Source: Camelus dromedarius (taxonomy: Eukaryota). From it: a stretch of 64,000 bases of DNA. The stretch covers positions 44,084,001 through 44,148,000 of the forward strand of contig NC_087437.1 of the NCBI RefSeq assembly GCF_036321535.1, read 5' to 3'. Below the pieces are notes generated by a model that saw nothing but the letters and a program-made list of their open reading frames with translations, did not search any database and had not been told where the DNA came from. Position numbers and translations under genes: made by a program. Shown piece after piece: positions 1 to 13,494 of the stretch. Numbering within the stretch: the stretch's first letter is position 1; every line of letters begins with the position of its first letter.

Positions 1-358
1 ATTTGAGCTATGTGTGAGGAAGAACGAGTTCCAAGTTAGAGCTGTTCAACTTTAAAATAAAGTGTTTTTATTCATTCAGCAGGCATTTTGAGGGGTTACT
101 CTGCTCAAGTTCTGTTAAATATATATATATGTGTATATGTATATATGTATATATGTATATATGTGTGTGTGTGTGTATATATATTCAATAAAGAAAATGT
201 GCATTTCCCATTGTTGGAAGCAGGAGTGGGATGGGAAGCCAAGGAAACCAAGATAAGCATTGGCTGGTGGTGTGGAGAGTGGCTTCCTGGACTGGTTGGG
301 CAGCTGGACCAGATGCTGTCCCCTGGTCCCTCCTAGTGCTGAGTTTCAGTGGCTCCAT
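1..358 (+). mobile_element. L3/CR1 LINE 3' end remnant, interrupted by a microsatellite
   Basis: 'gaggaagaacgagttccaagttagagctgttcaac' and 'ctggaccagatgctgtcccctggtccctcctagtgctgagtttcagtggctc' resemble the L3 3' terminus. Confidence 0.55.
119..184. repeat. Compound (TA)n/(TATG)n/(TG)n microsatellite
   Basis: Seen directly in the sequence. Confidence 0.95.
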
Positions 359-2134
359 GTTATATAGACACTAGTTAGGAAGACAGTCTGTGGTAAGTGC
401 AATAAGAGGTATAGAAATAAGTTCTGTAGGATTTAGAGGAGAGGAAAATATTAAGTAATGTTAAAATAATATTAGGAAGCTGTCTAGCGATAAAAATGGG
501 ATTTGAGGTGGACTGTAAAGGGTGGATAAGACAGTGTAAAAGGAACAAATGGTCTAGGAAGGGGGAACAAAATGAGTGAAGAGCTGAAGAGGCAAGTGTT
601 CAGGAGGGATAATATTAAGTATCCTGGCCACAATCATGATTTTTTTGTAGAAGAAAGCAGGGACTTAGGCTAGAGAAACAGCAGGATCTTTGTGTGGTGG
701 AAAGCGAATGCTTCTCCATTCTGTTATTGATGGAAGGACAAAAGAATACCCCGTGTGTTCATTTGTTACTTAATATAAAAATTTTTGTGCCCCAGGAGAC
801 AGGTCAGGGTCACTATTTCCTTTTTCTAGCATCCCTAAAATTTTAAATATACTTGGGTCTTTTCTCCATGTAGGGAGGTATGAGAATAGATAGCCATCGT
901 TTCTGACTGTCAGCCACTGTTGTTGGTTCACTACTGAGATAACAGTTTACTCTTATTTTAGCTGTTAAAGTACTAGATCAGAAACAGGGTTTAAGTAGCA
1001 AATAGATGATCCAGAGAATGACATTGCTTCCCACTGAGTACAAGGTTACACTTCAGTCAAAGGTCTTCTCCAAGTGAAAACAGTTGGAAGATAGAGAAGG
1101 AATGGATGCAAAAGTAGTGTGTATATGTGTCTGTGGGTTTAACAGACTGGTTCTCTCGATTCTCGGTGGTACTTTTACTATTTTATTTGCTTTTACACGG
1201 TTGTCTAATGTGCAAAAATGATTCCAATATTTACATTGACACCAGTGACACAAGAGGATGAAATATATTACAGAAATCTCTGTGTTTATGTATATTTATG
1301 TACATGTGTTAAATGCATATGTTGTAATTTTTGTGAACTACTCACCCAAGTGAGCAATAATAAGGCTAAATTAGGCAATAAAATGAATGTATTCTATCAT
1401 ATTTAAGGTGAAGGTGCTTGCTGTCTCTTGGCTGGTTTTCCTCTATTTCTTAATTACATCCATATTGTGTTTTCATGTGAAGATGAGATGAACATACAGA
1501 TGGCCAAAAAATTTTGTAATGCTGTCTAATGGAGTCAGCATTGTATTCCATACATGTTTTTTAAATAATTTGTATTATTTTAAACATTATGCCTTTTGAA
1601 ACCACCGTGTTTAAGTATAGAATGGAAAATATAATTTTTGTGACTTCTCACTTGAGAGTTGCAGCTGAGTGGAAGTATTCACGAGAGTTTCTCGAATGAC
1701 TATAGTCTTTTGTTTCCTTTCCTGACTGGTCCCCTTGAGGCTTTTCTGAATTTCTGCTACAAGTGTTTACTTGATGACAATGAGGATTACTTCTTGGCAT
1801 GAATAGCCCAATGGACACTGTCCCAGATTTGAGAGGTATTTCACTCTGCACTGGAGTTATGGCTAAATCCTGGCCAGTCCTGAGCCTTTGCCGATCTCTG
1901 GCACTGGGATCAGGGATCTTTGTACTCAGTGCAATCAGATAGTGTGCATTTTGCGGCTGTGGCAAACTACTCATCTCTAGGCCAGACTCAGCCCACAGAT
2001 CTTTTTCTTTAAATTTCAACAGGGCTTTCATATATATATATTTTTAACTCCTTAGTGAGTACGCTAACTCTCACGCTTGTTTCTTAAGCTGCCCTATTGG
2101 GAGTACATTGACATTATTTTTCTGGCCCTGAAGG

Positions 2135-2609
2135 CACTGGTGCTTGAGTCTCCTGCAGTGCTAGAGGGTCTGTTGGAGAAGGCTGCAGCAAAAAACAGAT
2201 TATCAATCCTACCCACGAAATTTTTTTTTGAATTGTATTATAGTCAGTTTACAATGTTGTGTCAATTTCTGGTGTTCAGCATAATGTTTCAGTCATATAT
2301 ATACATATATATTTGTTTCCGTATTTTTTTCATTATAGGTTGCTGCAAGATGTTGAATATAGTTCCCTGTGCTGTACAGAAGACACTTGTTGTTTATCTA
2401 TTTTACATATACTAGTTAGTATCCGCAAATCTCGAACTCCCAATTTATCTCTTCCCATTCCCTTCCCCACCGGTAACCTTACGTTTGTGTTTTACGTCTG
2501 TGCCTGCAAAATTCTTATATCAGAAATTTTAGAGGGCTTCCAGGTTATCCATCTTTTAAAAAAATACTCCCCAGTTATGCTGATATACAGACAGGGTTGA
2601 GATCCACTG
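2135..2609. mobile_element. MER5-type hAT-Charlie MITE, split by an L1 insertion
   Basis: Degenerate terminal inverted repeats (cactggtgcttga ... ttgagatccactg); internal 'aaaacagatt...' and 'ctccccagttatgctgat' resemble MER5A/B. Confidence 0.6.
2221..2502 (-). mobile_element. 5'-truncated lineage-specific L1 (3' UTR end only)
   Basis: Poly-T followed by 'tagtcagtttacaatgttgtgtcaatttctgg...ttgaatatagttccctgtgct...', a cetartiodactyl L1 3' end. Related copies at 8773, 42388, 50789 and 62232. Confidence 0.9.
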
Positions 2610-2899
2610 TGATGGTACTTACCTGGATAAGAGAAGCCATTTGCCTCATTAGCTATATTAACTAAACATTTTACACTAATTCAAGGCTTAGACTGTTGCT
2701 GTAGTTCTCAAAGGAAAAGAAACCCTCAGTGAATAAACAAAGAAGACCACAAAACCTGTCTTGATTACTGTGTGCTAAGCAGCTCATGTATGTTGTGCTA
2801 CTTAGTTTGCACACTGATGGTACACTTCCGTGTTCTCATCTTCTCAGTTTCTTGACCTTGATCTCTGTTATGTCCCTCTCCCACTCTTTGCATGTGCTA

Positions 2900-3117
2900 A
2901 GGCCCTCACTCTGCCTCCTTACCCTGGTGCATTTGCTTCATAGAAATATATTTTTCTCTGAGATCATTTTATCTGTTAATTTTGTGTTGCCTTTCTCCTC
3001 TTCTGGATTATAAGCTCCCTGAGGTCAGGTTTTGTTTTGCTCATCTGCATGTTCCATGGACATTGAAGAGTGGCTGCTTCATCATTAGAACTGAGTAGAT
3101 ATTTGTTAAATTAATAA
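2900..3117 (+). mobile_element. L2 LINE 3' end
   Basis: 'ctggattataagctccctgaggtcagg...tagatatttgttaaattaat' matches the L2 terminus pattern. Confidence 0.65.
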
Positions 3118-6029
3118 CCGTCTGCTCATTTATCATTCTCCTTAACTTCCTGCCTTCCTATTACATCGTCTCAGTTTCCTTTCCTTTGGAGTAGAAAATT
3201 CTAAGACTTATTTGAGGTCCGTGTTTTAGTGTCTTTAAGGAAAAAAAAACTGCACAACATTTTAATATTCCTAGATAGTATCTCCGTGTTACAGTAGTTA
3301 TTGTCACTCAACATGGACCGTCTAGTTATATATGATTATATATATTGATTATATAAGGTGATTTTTAAAAAGAAAAAATGCATGATAAAATTCCATCTTT
3401 ATTTTTAAACTTTCAATCATACTCAATTGTAGCTTTACATACCTCACAGAGGTATTGTGATGATTAATGTCTGTTTAGTAATTTCAAAATAATAAGGCAC
3501 CTTGAGCCCCTAAGGGGAAAAGAGTTCTATACATGTACATAATTAGTAGTATAGCTTTCTCATGTGTAGAACACAGAGAGAAAAATACCTATTCACTCTC
3601 ATAAGGGTATTATTGAGATTAATTAATTCATGTTTACAAAGCAGCTGGAATGTGGGGGGAAACACATTTTCTTTGCTATTTAAAGTGCATTTCAAAGGTA
3701 AAGAGGCAAATTGTGTTTGCAGTTTAGAGTTATTTACTTATTTATCTCAAATGTTCAGATAAATTGCTGTTTTTAAACTTGTGTTCTCAACCACATACTG
3801 GATCCTAATACCCTTTCCATTTCTTCTACCTGAGTGGACACTATAGCTGTTTACTTTTTGTTTCTACAAAGTGGAAGTAACTGGCCAATGCATAATATAT
3901 TATTTCTTCTTTTCAAAGGTAGCTCATTCTGAAAAACATACAGATTATTTTAGTCCTGTTTTATTTGTCCTTTGACATGATATATTTTGTCCTTTGAACT
4001 TGATTTTATGTAAAGCTATTGCATTTTGACATTTTTTTGTTCAAAATGGGGTTTGACTCTACAGGTTTGGTTCTTTACCACTAGTATTACACGTGACTTC
4101 ATATTGCTGCATTTCAGTCGAGTGGTTATTAAGATGTAGGCTCTGAGAGAATGAGATGGAGACTATCATCATGTTGCTTTCCTGCTGTATTTATTTATTT
4201 GAATTCTGCTGTTTGAAGTCTTCAAAATTAAAACAGAGCATTCATGAATTTTGAAATGGGTTCCAGATGTGAATTTTGGCTCTAAAACTTGTCAGAGTGC
4301 TCTGCTTCTCTCATCAAGTTTGCCCTTCATTAGCTCCCGAGCACTGTGTTTTCAGTAGATTACAGCAGGCCCTTCTCAGTGGATATTGATCCTTTTGCCC
4401 TAATTCAGTGCATATTACACAGCCAGTGACTGTGTAAAGGCACAGGGATTACATAATTGGCTGTGTTATCTTTATACCAATTTCTAGTTAGTTAACTGGT
4501 ACCAAAAGGCCAGGGCACAGCCAGGAGCTCCGGTTAAATTAGCATCAAACTGCCATCTGATTATTTTTGCATGATCCCTTGCTTGGCAAAAAAAGCTTTA
4601 TAGAAAAAGTAAAATTATGCTTGTTGTACTGTGCAGAGAGAAAGATCAATGTCTTCTGCATTTGCCTCCCAGATCCCCCAGTTATCCCTCCCTCTATGAC
4701 AAAATCTCAAGCCCAGAGAATTTTTTATTATTTTTTATTTTTTGGTTTTCTGGGTTTTTTTAGGAAACCTTTTGCTAATAATGGATATGAAATTTAGGAA
4801 AAGATGGCACATTTTGATGTGGGAAGATCAGATATAAAACTGAATTGTGAAGTTATATAAGTGGTGTAGATCTAGGGTGTGTCAAAGAAACACAAAGTTT
4901 TCCTGAGAGTTAGTTAACGGTTATGCCTTCTATAGTAATAAAAACTAAGGGAACATTACTCAGCTTCCCTCTTACCCTCAAGATACAAAAATTAAGTTTG
5001 CTTCTTCTCAAGTGCCTTGTTAAATATAGATATTCTAATACAAAGTTAGAACATCTGGCTAATCCCATAATTGTGATTGTTACACAAAGTATAAAGCATA
5101 ATTTTATAAATCAGCAGAACATAAAGTTCACCAACTGGTTAACTAATGGGTTAATATAATATATTTGGTTTTATATTGTTGTGTGTACCTATGAAGAGAT
5201 GAGATGACATCTTTGGGGGTTAGAGTTTGATTTGAAGTATTTAGAGATGATAAAATTTTTAGGCTTTCTTTTCCTCCCTCCAAACTGACAAAATATTTCA
5301 CAAGTTAAGGGAAACATGGAAAGTGTAATGAAAACACAATGCCCAAGACTGCATAATTGCATCTCATTTATTTACATTTCTAGATTTTGCAAAGCTAAAT
5401 TATTGGATTTCTTCATTGTTTTGACAGAGCCATGCTGAAAAGTAACCTAATAGTTCTTTTAAGGTGTTTTTAGCCAGCGCTGGAACTACAAAGCCTAGAG
5501 GGTTAGAAATATGCCTCATTTAACTCAGGGTTTGCCAGGAATGTGCTTTGCTCTCTTGACCTCTAGATTTATTAAAGATCATTTAATTTGTTATTTTTTT
5601 TAATCTTTAAAATAGTTTAACAGAAGATGGAAATGTATCACCATATATGTTTAGATAAATGTTTACATCTTTACAAATAGATAAATTGTTGCACATCTGC
5701 TATCTTGTTCTGTGACATATACAATTATTTGCTTGCCTATTTGTGGAGTTACGGACTTATTTATATACAGTAAAATAGTATCACCCACTTCTATAATGGA
5801 AGATACTCTGCTTTGAATGTAGATACTGATTCTTTCAAAGTGTAGAATAGAAAATAAGTATGCATATCAATATGCAGCTTTGAAGATGCTGTCAGAGGTG
5901 TATTGGCCTAAAAAAAAACCCAGTTGTGTTATGTGAAGATGAGTCTTTGTGGAACAACCCAGCTTTTGGTTGAAGAACCTACGTCTGCTTTTACTCTTTG
6001 TCACGAACCATGTTTATTTAAACAGAGTT

Positions 6030-6122
6030 GCCCCATGACTTGATTAATATAAATCCTGTACCACAATAGCTAGCACAGTGCTGGATGAAGTGAAACAATC
6101 TTTTGTTGAATAAATGGGTGAA
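6030..6122 (+). mobile_element. L2 3' end fragment
   Basis: 'ctagcacagtgctgg...ttgttgaataaatgggtgaa'. Confidence 0.55.
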
Positions 6123-8772
6123 AGATGTAATAGTAAATTTAGAAGTCACATTGAAAGCTTGTTTTATGGGGAAGAAAGCATCAAAATTGAAGTTGTTGGG
6201 CAATTTTAGCAAATACTAGAGGGTTCAATGTATTGAAGTTCTCATAGTAGAGAACCACAGGTTTCATTGAACTCTCTTTAACTGGACCAAATGTGATACT
6301 TTTTTTATGTGGAAATTTCTCTATTCAACTGGGAGAATACTCTCGTAACTCGGGATTGCTAAATGATTAGTCTCTCGTTTGCTGTGAACTTTATTGTCTA
6401 TACTCCTTTTTCAAGCAATTAATCATGTACTGCCTTTCTTGCAGTGTTTCTTCGGTTGTTCTCTTGTGTAGTGATTTAGCTCTTCCACTATTTATGATCC
6501 CGGACGGAGCATATCCACAGGATATTTTTGAGGCAGGGAACAAGGTGTTCGTGTATATGTGTGTGTGTATGTGTGTGGTCTGTGTGTCTGTCTCTCTGTC
6601 CATGAGAGTATGCTCGGAACTCATTAAACATCAAAAAATATTACAGATTTGATAGTACTTTGAAGAATTCCAGAAGATTCAGTGTTATAAAATAGGATAG
6701 TACAGCATATTCACTAAAAGAATTACTGTTTTATAATTATAAGAAAGGACATAGCAGATAAGAGTTGATCCCTTAAGAAAAAAAAAAAAGGTTGAAAACA
6801 TGAAGGGAAGCTATAAAAAGAACTGTAAGTTAGTAAATATTGACTGGGGATGGAGGAAGGAGCTAGCTCAGTGATTTGCAGGACCTTATCAAAGCACGTA
6901 GTATTTTAAGTACTTGAAGTTTTGAAAGCTTTGGAATGTATTAGTATATTAAGGAACTTGGCTTATCTGTGATCCATCTGATTTCCTTCAACAGCTAAGT
7001 TGATTAAGAGAAATGTGTATTATTCTGTGGGAAGAGAAGAATGGGTGAAATGAACAGCACAGCAGAGGCATAGTGCATTTGCAGATTTAAGACTCATTAA
7101 GCATTCATTTTAGACAATACCATAAAGGAAAGTGACTTTTCATAGATTTCCATGGGCAAAGTATCTGGAAGCAGCCTTAAAATAAAACCAGGAAGGAAGT
7201 CAGTGTACACGTTAATGGAAGAACGTGATTGCTGTGGCCACAGGTGTGTGGCATTAAACAAATCTTATACTGTGCTTAAAAAATGATCACTATAGATGAG
7301 TAGGTAAGTTATATTCAAAAACAGCAAAGACTAAATAATGTAAAATGTTTGCCCTTTCTTAGCTCAAATAATTCAGAAGTAGCTCACTGCACAAAAGTAC
7401 AGACTGAGAATTGTTGGAAAACTGTAGCTGTTAATGTCCATTTTATCTTTGGAATAGGGCTTAAATGTACTTTTTAAACCTAGCCAGGACAGAGATATAT
7501 TAATGTAAGTAGGGAATACATCTTTCTGTGTTTTTGTAAAATCAGTGATCAACCTGTGTGTCAATTTTTTGTACCTAAGCTGAAACTTCATGTGCTTTCT
7601 AATAACTTTTATACCTTTTACTTAAGGATTTGACCCCACCTGAATTGGAAAAAAAGAAGTATATTGACTTGATTAATAACCAAATCAGTAGTTCAGAATG
7701 ACTTTTAGTGTTTGTGATATGAAAATTAGATAATAGACAAATAGATAGAGGATGGAGGATAGGTACATGAGTGAATATCCTCGCTGCTCCCCAAAGCAGA
7801 CTGAGAAAGAAATATTAGAGCCTTCTGCTAAGTTCTTTGAATATGAGTTCAGACCCTCTCTTGAAATGCTGGCAAGTTGTTCCTTTAACTTCCTGAGGGA
7901 GGAAAAACAATTAGGGATCCTGGGAGTCTGATTTTAGCCAGAGGAGTCTCCATAGAACTTGGAATCTTAGGCCCAGCAAAATACGATAATGGAGCACCAT
8001 GGATTATGCCGTTGTTGGAAGGTATTGATCACCCAAATCTATTTTATTAAAGAAAAGACAAAAAAGATGAGAATAAGAAAAATGCTCTTGTAAAGTGCAT
8101 ACATTTTCAATGTTGCCAAATTGAGGTGAGCCAAATACAGAGTTCTGTGCTTGGAACCAAGGGGACTAGACGGTCAAGCCAAGTCCACCGTGCCTGGGCA
8201 GCACTCCTGGTTCCCTAGATTGCAGGGCCCCCGTCGTGCTCAGGATATTCTAATGCAAAAAGTCGAAAACAAAAGTAATAATTAAGGAAAAAGAAACCAT
8301 GCTCTTCTTAAGCCCAACTTGAGAAGAAGTTTGAGAGGTTTGTGTTTAGGAAACAGAAAAGATCACAAAAGGATGAACTGGGTCTTAAGTAGAGAGGCTG
8401 TGAGATTGGAATCTGCTTGGGTGCTGGAGACGTAGTATCTTCTGCTGCTGAGATAACTGTCATTGTAAGAAAACTGCTTTCATTAACCCATATTACCTCA
8501 TGGGTTCTGTCTGGTGGCATAATACATGCACAGACTGCTGGACTGGAAGAGAAAACAGCTTGCGATACTGGTGTGGTAGCTTCTGGGATTGGCTGGAATT
8601 GCTACTTATTGTGACAGTTTGTACTATTTCATTTACTTTCTTTGCACTTTGCCACAAGGGAAGTTAAATCACCAGATAGGATTGGGGTTGAGTAGGGAGA
8701 GAAGGGAGAGTCAACAGGCCCTGCAAAATATTACTGAGCCTTGCTGCCCTATTGTGATTCAGGGAAGATTTT

Positions 8773-8838
8773 GTTTTTTAATTGAAGTATAGTCAGTTAC
8801 AATGTGTCAATTTCTGGTTACAGCACAATGTTGCAGTC

Positions 8839-8889
<51 letters not shown>

Positions 8890-8977
8890 GATGTATAATC
8901 TATTTGTGTGTAAATAGCTAACATTCGCAAATCTCAAACTCCCAAATTTTATCCCTTCCCATCCCCTTTCCCCCAAT
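8773..8977 (-). mobile_element. Short L1 3' end with internal (TG)n(TA)n microsatellite
   Basis: 'ttttttaattgaagtatagtcagttacaatgtgtcaatttctgg' ... 'caaatctcaaactcccaa'; TSD core aagatttt at 8765-8772 and 8982-8989. Confidence 0.85.
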
Positions 8978-11837
8978 AAGAAAGATTTTTAATAAATTCT
9001 TTTAAAATGCAATTATTTCAGACATATATGAAGCATCCTAACTACATCTGTAGCTTTCACTTGGAATTCTGTTGTGAAATGCCTTCTAGAGATGGTGCTG
9101 AGGGTTAACTGGGAACTCATTAATTGATTTAAAGGTCAAAATCTAGAAGATGTTTTTAGGAAGTGAGCAGGACCAGAAATGCAAAAGGTGGATGAAAACC
9201 ACAGAGATGGCTTCGGCAAACTGCTTTCCACTAGCGGCCCGTATTATAGGAACAAGCACAGGGAATAGCCAACTTAGCAACAGATGCTGAGAGAAGTGAA
9301 CCATGGAAGCTGTTGCTGAAAGCTGCCACGGCGAGAGTGTGTGGAAGCTGAACAGAGTTAGAGGTGCAACCTTTGGGATCTGCTGTCACAAAGGTCCTGC
9401 TGTGAAATGCTGGCCCCCATGTCTAACTCAGGAAGCATTAGATAGTGCATACAGGACAATGGGATCTTGTCACACTGAGTGGAACCTCTGACATGTCTCC
9501 TTCACAGCATGAGTGGGCCTGGAGGAGAAAGGAGATCTTTGACATCCCTAAAAACTAGGGACTGCTCTCTTTCACTGTATTCAAGCGAGGAGTCTGTATG
9601 ACAATTTTATACGTTCCTACAGGAGCGGAGTGGGATTTCCTGGCAGCTGTGGAGACTTGGGCCCGTTCCCTGGTAGAGAGTTGTGGCCTTGTAAAGGGTC
9701 TAGATCCTGGAAATCTCCCCCTTTGGTTCTGTTTCTAATATTGATACTTTGGCTTATTAGAAAATTGATGATTTGGGTGAAGCCAATATGGCAGGCTTCA
9801 TCTGACCTGATTTCTTTTCCTCTTCTCCATTATGTGGTTTATTAAAAACAATAATTTGTCAAAAGTGTGTGTAAGTAAGAGAGCGTTGTCTTGTGTCTTG
9901 TTGAAATAGTTTTCTGTAAGTATCACCCCATGCAGAAAAGTAAAAATTTGTAAGTTATTAATATCCCAATGCAACAATATAAACCCAGTAGATACTACAA
10001 AGAATGTTAGTCATTTATGTAGAATCAAGGACATGTTGTCTGTTTTTTTTATTATTTATTTCAATTTTATATTTACTTAACTTGTTTCCTGGTAGACATT
10101 GGTGAGATACAGTGTACACAGAAACAAAAATACATTATAGGAAAATATAAAGTATACTTTAGTTCATGTTTTGAGTTTTGGAGTTTGACTTTAGGATTTA
10201 TTAGCTTTGGAGTAGTTACTGTGGGAAAGTGCAGTTTCAAAAGAATAGTGTGTTGAAGTAAGAGTTATTACTTCTACTGCATCCCAGAAAATTTCCTGCA
10301 TAGGGTAAAGAACTTCACAAGTTTTCAGAGTGTTTTTTGATTTTTGTAATATTTTGGACCCTTTCCATGAAAAATTCTCATGAAATGCAGTCATTGTCCC
10401 TCTACCCCCAACTTAGACCTGGATAACTGGTATACTGTCTTGGCTTACATTCTTTCCAGGCCTTTCTCTGACCCTCCTCCCACCACACTTCTCCCAGAGG
10501 GTCATGCCCAACAGGAGCCCAAGTCTATCTCCCTAATATTCCCCCTTCCCAATTCCATAATGTTCGTGGCAGGGAGCCAGGGATCCTCTGCCCCAAATAT
10601 ACACCTGTTCTGCTTCCTGGCCTTGCACAGGTCTCTTTCAGAATCTGTCCTGGGGAACCTGGGCACGGGCAAGGAGGGGCCAACAGGGCTCAGATGCAGC
10701 TGATGGTCTCCACACATGCACTAGGCTTCTGATTTTCCTGGTGGAGGCTGTCTGGGAAGAGAATGGGGTGCAGCTGAGGGCTGGGGTCTCTGTTTATACT
10801 CTTGTTCCAAGACTTGCAGATGTTAGCACTGGGCCCAAATACTGAAACTTAAAAAAACAAAAACAAACAAAAAACCTGTCAGTTATTTTTGGATCAAAAG
10901 TAACATTAACCTGTTTATGATTTAAGGAAAGGGAATTAAGATTTCATGAGATAATTCTTTAAAGTAAATGAATTTATTTTTCAAATGATGTCTTTATTAG
11001 AATACTCATATTCATATGAGTATGATATTTACTTATCAGTTGTCAATAACTACATCCATTGAAGAATTAGGACATCGTATAAACTCCTTATTAATTAATT
11101 CTAGGAATAAAACTAAAAGCAAGCAAACCAATAAAAAAAATACTATTGTCAAGCCATAAGTAATTAATAATGTAGTTCTGTTGTTTTCATGTGCTATAAT
11201 TTACAATTAGGTTTTGGAAAAATTAAAATAAGGTTTATATTCTTTTCATTCATTGTTGTCCACTTCTAAAAGTATTCTGTTTAACCAGGACTAGCTTATT
11301 CAACATATTCCTGTGTTTAGTGTAGCATATTTTTATAAGTGGCTATTCAAATACTTTGTAGGTAATATTTAGGAATTTATGATGATGTAAGTCATTATAA
11401 GACAGAATCAAAATGAAAGAAATGTAAAATGATTTTTAAAATTATAAAAAAGACTTAGACGTTGCATAGAAACTAAGCAATCGACATAAAGAACTTTTCA
11501 GTTGTCTAAAAAACAATTAACTGAGTTTGTGATAAAGACTTTGGGGTTGGGAGAAGGTGAGAAAAGCACATAAGACACATGTTATGGAATAGGAAATGAT
11601 GATTCAGCAGTCCATTGTATGTAGGAGACAAAATAAACATGAGTAGAAAATTCTTTTATTTTACACTGGTGTTGAAATTAGACAGTGGCACAGAGAATGA
11701 CCATGAGAAATCCAAGTAGTAGACAGCACACAGCGATGTCTTATCTGGCTTGAAAGTAGTATCTGAAGTAAAAAGAAAGTAATAGAAATATTATGGGCTA
11801 TTGCAAAAATACAGAGAGCAAAATAGTCATCATTTAT

Positions 11838-11950
11838 ATTTCATTCAACTAATACTTATTGAACACCTCATATGTGCCAGGTACTGAATGAGGCACAAGA
11901 TATTTCAGTGAACAGAACCAAGATTCTTGCCCTCAGTAGAGCATGCATAA
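11838..11950 (-). mobile_element. L2 3' end
   Basis: 'ttcattcaactaatacttattgaacacctcatatgtgccaggtactg'. Confidence 0.8.
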
Positions 11951-12329
11951 GTGGCTTTAAAACCAAGCTTACTGTTTCTTAAAAGATTTGTATTTAATGT
12001 CATATTTTCCAAAATCCCATGAAGAATATATATCATACACATGAGGATATTGATATGTCCATAGTTTTTTTTTTTAATCTTGCAATAGTACAAGCTTTGA
12101 TATACATACAAATGAAATACTGATGGAACTAGGGAAAGATTTTTCTACAAGTAAGGCAACATCTGAAGAAATTACTCATGAACACATTGGTGTATTAAAT
12201 AAACAGTTTAACAAATCGAGGATTGATTTGAAAGGTATTTTTCTTATTGTAATTATTGCTTCTCTTTCTCTTTTATAAGCCTGATTGATCTGGGGAGTCT
12301 CTACTTTTACTCCTCAATTCATGGTATAG

Positions 12330-12567
12330 TCTTTCTACTTCTACTGCTCAGGTTCTGGTTCTCACTGAGTTCTAATATTGCTGCTCTCCCCTCTTGTCCT
12401 GTTAGGCTTAGGGGTGGTAAGAACTTCCTACTGCTGCTGGATCCTGGATGCCTCACCATCCCCTGTTGGGTCCCATAGCCCTGACCATACTTCTGTAGAT
12501 CATCTGTTAATTAAACTGTCAATTAACTCCTTTGTGTGTGCTGTCTGCCGGGATCCTGAATGACACA
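12330..12567 (+). mobile_element. ERVL LTR fragment (LTR33-like)
   Basis: 'aggcttaggggtggtaa...attaaactg...gggatcctgaatgacaca' resembles the LTR33 3' end and terminates in CA. Confidence 0.65.
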
Positions 12568-13072
12568 AAGATAAATAATAGTGATGAAGAGAAGCTCAGA
12601 GCTCAGATTGTCCTCTCAGCTCTTGCTCCATTTGAAGAATGGGAGAATGCACCTGTTCAGATTTTGACATTGAGAAGTCTTAGACAGAGACCATCAAGAG
12701 AGCATCTACATTAGAAAAGTTTACAGAATCCATATACCTTAACTGCATGCATTTGAAAAACACCTAAGCCCATAGGCAGCGTAAGAGCCATTTCTTCCAA
12801 AAGCTGCTCCTCTGTCACATTCAAAAATATTCTCTCGAGAATCCTGTTGTATTAGCCTAGTGTTCCCAGGACCAAGTCAAACTTTAGGGCTAAGAATTCT
12901 GTTTTTCCCATTTTTCTATTGCTTAGATGGCTGATGAATGACCCATCTTGTGTGGCAATTCTCTTGTCATTTGTTCAGTCCCTTTTTGGCCATACTCATG
13001 TGGTGGTACAGCCCCACCCAACACTGTCCTCTGGCCCCATTTTGAAACACCCATCCAAAGGTAACCTATCTA

Positions 13073-13494
13073 ACATAGCAAACGGCCTGTACTTAGTTTG
13101 ACTCTTACCACGCTTCCATAATCTTTTTTTGTACCTTCTTATCATTTTTAAAATATCCACCAATTAATTTATTCAAGGGGATAAAGACTTGCACACTGAA
13201 AACTACAAAACATTGCTGCAAGAGATTAAAGAAGACCTAAGACAGTGGAAAGATAGCCTTCAGGGATTAGCAGATTCAGTGTAGTCGAGATGGCAATACT
13301 ACTCAAAGTGATCCCCAGAGTCAGTACAATTCCTATCAAATTTTTTTCTACTACATTTTCTAATTGCTCACTGTTCATCCCTTGTAGTAATTTCCTTTCA
13401 GACATACGTAATTTCATACATAGCAGCTGGCCTGTGCTTGGTTTGACTCTTACCACTCTTCCATAATCTTGTTTTGTCCCTTCTTATCATTTTT
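13073..13494 (+). repeat. 77-bp direct repeat pair (13073-13149 and 13418-13494)
   Basis: Ungapped manual alignment gives 69/77 identical. Confidence 0.95.
13162..13340 (+). mobile_element. Internal L1 ORF2 fragment without a 3' tail
   Basis: Translates to KDLHTENYKTLLQEIKEDLRQWKD, then after a frameshift ...VVEMAILLKVIPRVSTIPIK, the L1 ORF2 region after the RT domain. Confidence 0.85.
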
